Assembly: GCF_009914755.1 (NCBI RefSeq)
Contig: NC_060936.1
Direction: 5' to 3' (one strand)
From: the human T2T-CHM13v2.0 reference genome, Homo sapiens
DNA: 64,000 nucleotides
The first letter of the stretch is position 1, and each line of letters starts with the position of its first letter. The translations under genes were made by a program, and so were the position numbers. The notes beneath the pieces are model-generated. The model saw only the letters and a list, made by a program, of their open reading frames with translations. It had not been told where the DNA came from and searched no databases. Of this stretch, positions 59,740 to 64,000 are shown piece after piece.

Positions 59740-60685
59740 GAAAGGGAGGGAGGGAGGAAGGGAGGGTGGGAGGGAGGGAGAAAGGAAGGGTCTCACTCTG
59801 TTGCCCAGGCTGGAGTGCAGTGGCTCAATCATGGCTCACTGTAGCCTTGACCTCTCCAGGCTCAGGTGATCCTCCCACCTCAGCCTCCCAAGTAGCTGGG
59901 ACTACAGGTGTACACCACCATGCCCGGCTAATTTTTGTTATTTTTTTGGCGATGGGGTTTCACCATGTTGCCCAGGCTGGTCTTGAACTCCTAGGCTCAA
60001 GTGATCTGCCCACTTTGGCCTCCTGAAGTGCTGGGATTACAGGCTTGAGCCATCATGTCTGACCACAAAGACTTTTAATAAAGCAACCACGATAAAAATG
60101 TTCCAAGAAGTAAGGGTGAATACTCTTGAAATGAATGGAAAGCCAGGAAGTTTCAGAAAAAAAAAAAAAAAAAAAAAGGTATAAATGGAAATTTGAGAAC
60201 TGAAAAATGCTATAACTAAAACAACAACAAAAAAATTCATTAGATAGACTCAATATCAGAATGGAGCTAACAGAGGGAAGAATCAGTGTATATGAAGGTA
60301 GTGTAACAGATATTACCTGGTCTGAACAACAGAGAGAAAAAATATTTTAAAAAAAATGAACAGAGCCTCAGGGACTTTGGGAATGATACCCAAATGTCTA
60401 ACATTTGTGTCATCAGAGGTCCTGAAGGAGAGGAGAAAGAGTGTGGGGCATAAAATTAAAACTAGTTGAAAAATAATTGCAAGAAAATTTCCCAAATTTG
60501 GCAAATGACATAAACCTACACATTCAAGAAGCTCGGCAAAACCAAACTAGATGAACCCAAAGGAGTCCATACCTACACACATCATAATAAAACTGAAAAC
60601 TAAAGACAAAGAAAAAAATATTGAAAGCAGCCAGTGAAAAATGATACATTATTTTGTGGGGAACATTAATTCAAATGGCTGTGAG
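58600..60685 (+). mobile_element. Old L1M 5'UTR/ORF1 region, interrupted by an AluJ
   Basis: caatccaaaattactcagcatacaaagaaccag, aaatgaacagagcctcagggac, aaaatttcccaaatttggcaaatgacataaacctaca. Confidence 0.75.
59690..60064 (-). mobile_element. AluJ whose tail position is occupied by (GA)n/(GGAG)n repeats
   Basis: Antisense dimer at 59790-60064, preceded by gagaga...gggagggagg. Confidence 0.9.
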
Positions 60686-60689
60686 ACTC

Positions 60690-60800
60690 TCAACCCTCTA
60701 AATGCTAGCAGCACCTCACAGGTTGTGACAACCAAAAATGTCTTCAGACAAGCCAAGTGTCATCTGGGGGCAAAATTGTCCCTAGCTGAGAAACATTAAT
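60690..60800 (+). mobile_element. MER20 3' half (hAT)
   Basis: ttgtgacaaccaaaaatgtcttcagaca...gggggcaaaattgtccc...tgagaa. Confidence 0.75.
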
Positions 60801-60945
60801 GTAAGTCAATTGAGTCTTCCATCCTAGTTTTTTTAAAAGAAATATTCCAGTTTGGCTTGTTTTCCCATCTTAGGGTTTGCAAGTCCAAATTCAATAAACA
60901 AACATGGGGTAGGTCAGAAGGCACGCAGTCCCTCATGTCCCATGA

Positions 60946-61347
<402 letters not shown>

Positions 61348-62038
61348 CAATAAAGTTCATTTTCAAAGAGGCATAGACACATTGAATCCTTACCCATTTT
61401 TCTCATCTGAGAAAGAAGATGCTGCTTTAAGAAAGACACTGATGAGGAGAGAACATTCCTACCATATGTTGAGGTGTCTGCAGTTGAGTCAACAAATTCT
61501 AAAGCAACCTAAGAACAGTATTCTGGTTGCTAGCCAACTTTCTTACCAGTTGAAGACTATGTTTCATACCACATGATAGGGATTCTAAAAGATTTTTCAG
61601 CAGCTGTAAGAAATGCCATATTGGGGGAGATTGTACATATAGCAAATATTTGAATTAAGAAACACTTGTGATACCTTGGAATATATCAACCTAAAAATAT
61701 GCATTTGCAGAAGAGATACCGAATATGGCTGTCAGATTTATTTCAGTACCTCTTAAAACTCAGAAGAAAAAAAATATTATTGTGAGTGAAGCAGTTAAAT
61801 AGGAACAAGAAAATTTGCCAACTAAATACTTTGTATAATTCTCCTAGAAGCCTATAAAAAAGGAAAGATCTTGACAGTGGATGTATGAACTATTTAGATT
61901 GAGAAAAAATAATTTTCAATAATTAGTAAATAAACACAAGCACTACTTTTTAAACATTAACAGTTTCAAATGAACACATAGAACCATAATTGGCTAATGT
62001 GCTGGCTTGAATAAACATGCCCATGAAAGTTTTATCTT

Positions 62039-62349
62039 AGCTGGGCACATTGGTTCACATCTGTAATCCCTGCACTTTGAGAAGCCAAGGTGGGAGGATT
62101 GCTTGAGGCCAGGAGTTCACACCAGCCTGGGCAACATAGCAAGACCCCCATTTTACAAAAATAAAAATTAAAAAATAGCTGGGCATGGTGGTGTACATCT
62201 GTAGTCCCACCTACTTGGGAGGCAGAGGCAGGAGGCTTATTTGAGCCCAAGAATTCAAGGCTGCAGTGAGCTATGATTGCACCACTGCACTGCAGCCTAG
62301 GAGACAGAGCAAGACCCTGTCTCTTAAAAAAAAATAAAAATAAAAAAAA
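62039..62349 (+). mobile_element. AluJ
   Basis: Dimer; TSD-like aaagtttta. Confidence 0.93.
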
Positions 62350-62554
62350 GTTTTAACTCTTTAGCTCTAAAGATGGAGATTGCACAGATCTACTATTATA
62401 ATCAGCTTTTATTATTTAACAAGATCTAATCACTCTACCGAAGAAGTCATGACAAATGCATAGTAACTTATACTTCTCTTCCCTTTTTATTTTTTCTGAA
62501 ACCTAACTTTACTGAAATCAGCTTTTTCCCAAAACAGAATAGGCATTATATTTC

Positions 62555-63350
62555 TTGATTTATTCAACAAACCTCTATTGATAACCTTTATGTGATAGGC
62601 ACAGTGGCGGCTACTATGGTCACAAAAGTGAGTAAGACACAAATCTTCAACTGGTACCCCCATAGGAACTTAGACTCTAGTAAGGAAAGGAACTATAGAC
62701 ATAAAAATTACATTACAAATTGGTAACTGCTCTTAGATAGATAGGACCTAAGACCATGAGAGCACAAAGGATTGAGTAAAGCATTCTGGCTGGAAGAAAG
62801 GCCTCACAGAGAGAGTGACATTTAATCAAGCTCTTAAACTTGGTGAGATTTTACAAAGGAACTGGGGGAAGTACATTCTTCTATACTGGCAGACCAGCAA
62901 GGACAAGGCTCTGAATTTCTGATCCAGCCTAGCACATATCTAGGAAATGAAGCTAGAGAAAGATAAGGGTAGATAAGACTCCTGGTGGCCCCTTAACAGC
63001 AATGAGTTTTAAAGATGAATTAGGCCACTTCTGTGCCTAGAGCAAATGCTCACATCTCTTACCCAGCTGGCTGGTGTTAGGAGTGTAGCCTATGGCGTGA
63101 TGAAGGATAAACAGTGAGTAACAGCTGTCTGAGGTCTGGAGAGGCAGGCTGTGGAGGGCACAAGAATTTGAATCTCAGTTTGAGGAATTGGTATGTTGTT
63201 ATCTAAGCAATTAAGGATGCTAAGAGAGTTTTAAAGCAGATATATGACTTAATCAGCTTTGTGAAGCATTTGAAAGCATTGGAATGGGAAGAAACTTGTC
63301 TTGGGGAACCTGATGAGGAAGCTGTTGCATTAGTAATCTGGGTGATAATT
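62555..63350 (-). mobile_element. L2 fragment
   Basis: tttattcaacaaacc...gtgagtaagacac...aggcctcacagagagagtgacattt...gagttttaaagcaga. Confidence 0.6.
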
Positions 63351-63898
63351 TTTATCCTATCATGTGAGTTGTGGCCAGAGCATAACTCTATACTTACAAT
63401 GACATTGCCTTCAAAAAGTTCTTATTATTGTCAACCACCAGTGTGTCCTGGGGGGGAAAAAAGAATTATCATTGGTGCAGATTAATAACGAGTTGAATGG
63501 ATTTTTGCTGTTGACTTTTAAAAGCCCTGTTAGTAATTTAAATCTAGAATATTTTTATTCAGTCCATCCTATTCAGATTTTCTTAAGGCTTCTACTTCTT
63601 TAGCTGATGGATCTTTAGCTTACTGGGAAAAGAAAAAGAATCTAATCCTGATTCATAGATTCTTGGGCTTATAATCTATGCAGACATGGATTTGGACTGA
63701 CTCCACCAAACAGGGCAATCACAAGTGATTACAAGTTACTGAGTGGCCTGTGTTGCTTCCTAATCCTCCCAAGATCTTAGCTTCAACCCCTTGAAATATA
63801 AAAACTTGTACTTAATATCACTAGCTGGAAAATAATGAACCGTTATCTGTGAGGCAAGGAGAATTTGCTCTGATTTCTGTAAACTGTGTCATATAAGG

Positions 63899-64000
63899 CA
63901 GTGGTCCCCAACCTTTTTGGCACCAAGGACTGGTTTCATGGAAGGCAATTTTTCTAAGGGCAAGGGGATAGTTTCGAGATGAAACTGTTCTACCTCAGAT
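63899..64000 (+). mobile_element. MER1 (MER1B-like) hAT-Charlie MITE, cut by the window edge
   Basis: cagtggtccccaacctttttggcacca.ggactggtttcatggaag...gatgaaactgttc.acctcagat. Confidence 0.85.

Overview
This is primate (most likely human) nuclear DNA, not a prokaryotic locus. The window appears to lie inside SRGAP1 (SLIT-ROBO Rho GTPase-activating protein 1) on the + strand. It covers the 3' part of intron 1, coding exon 2 (40634-40829), intron 2, coding exon 3 (46594-46756) and the first ~17 kb of intron 3. The two exons splice in frame and encode the start of the F-BAR domain. The rest is intronic and dominated by transposon relics: about 30 Alu/FLAM copies, L1, L2, MIR, MaLR/ERVL LTRs, hAT and Tigger MITEs and one piggyBac-derived MER85, plus micro- and minisatellites. 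Nearly all other ORFs in the track are artefacts of Alu or simple repeats. I found no convincing new multi-gene system. The best leads are: (1) an intronic read-through/polyadenylation cassette after exon 3 that could give a truncated F-BAR-only protein; (2) a MER85 retaining the CSB-PGBD3 binding palindrome; (3) a decayed coding-like segment fused to the 5' end of an L1; (4) fossil template-switch, duplication and inversion scars; (5) inverted Alu pairs around exons 2-3. Repeat family names come from recalled consensus motifs, and their boundaries are approximate unless target-site duplications (TSDs) are quoted.
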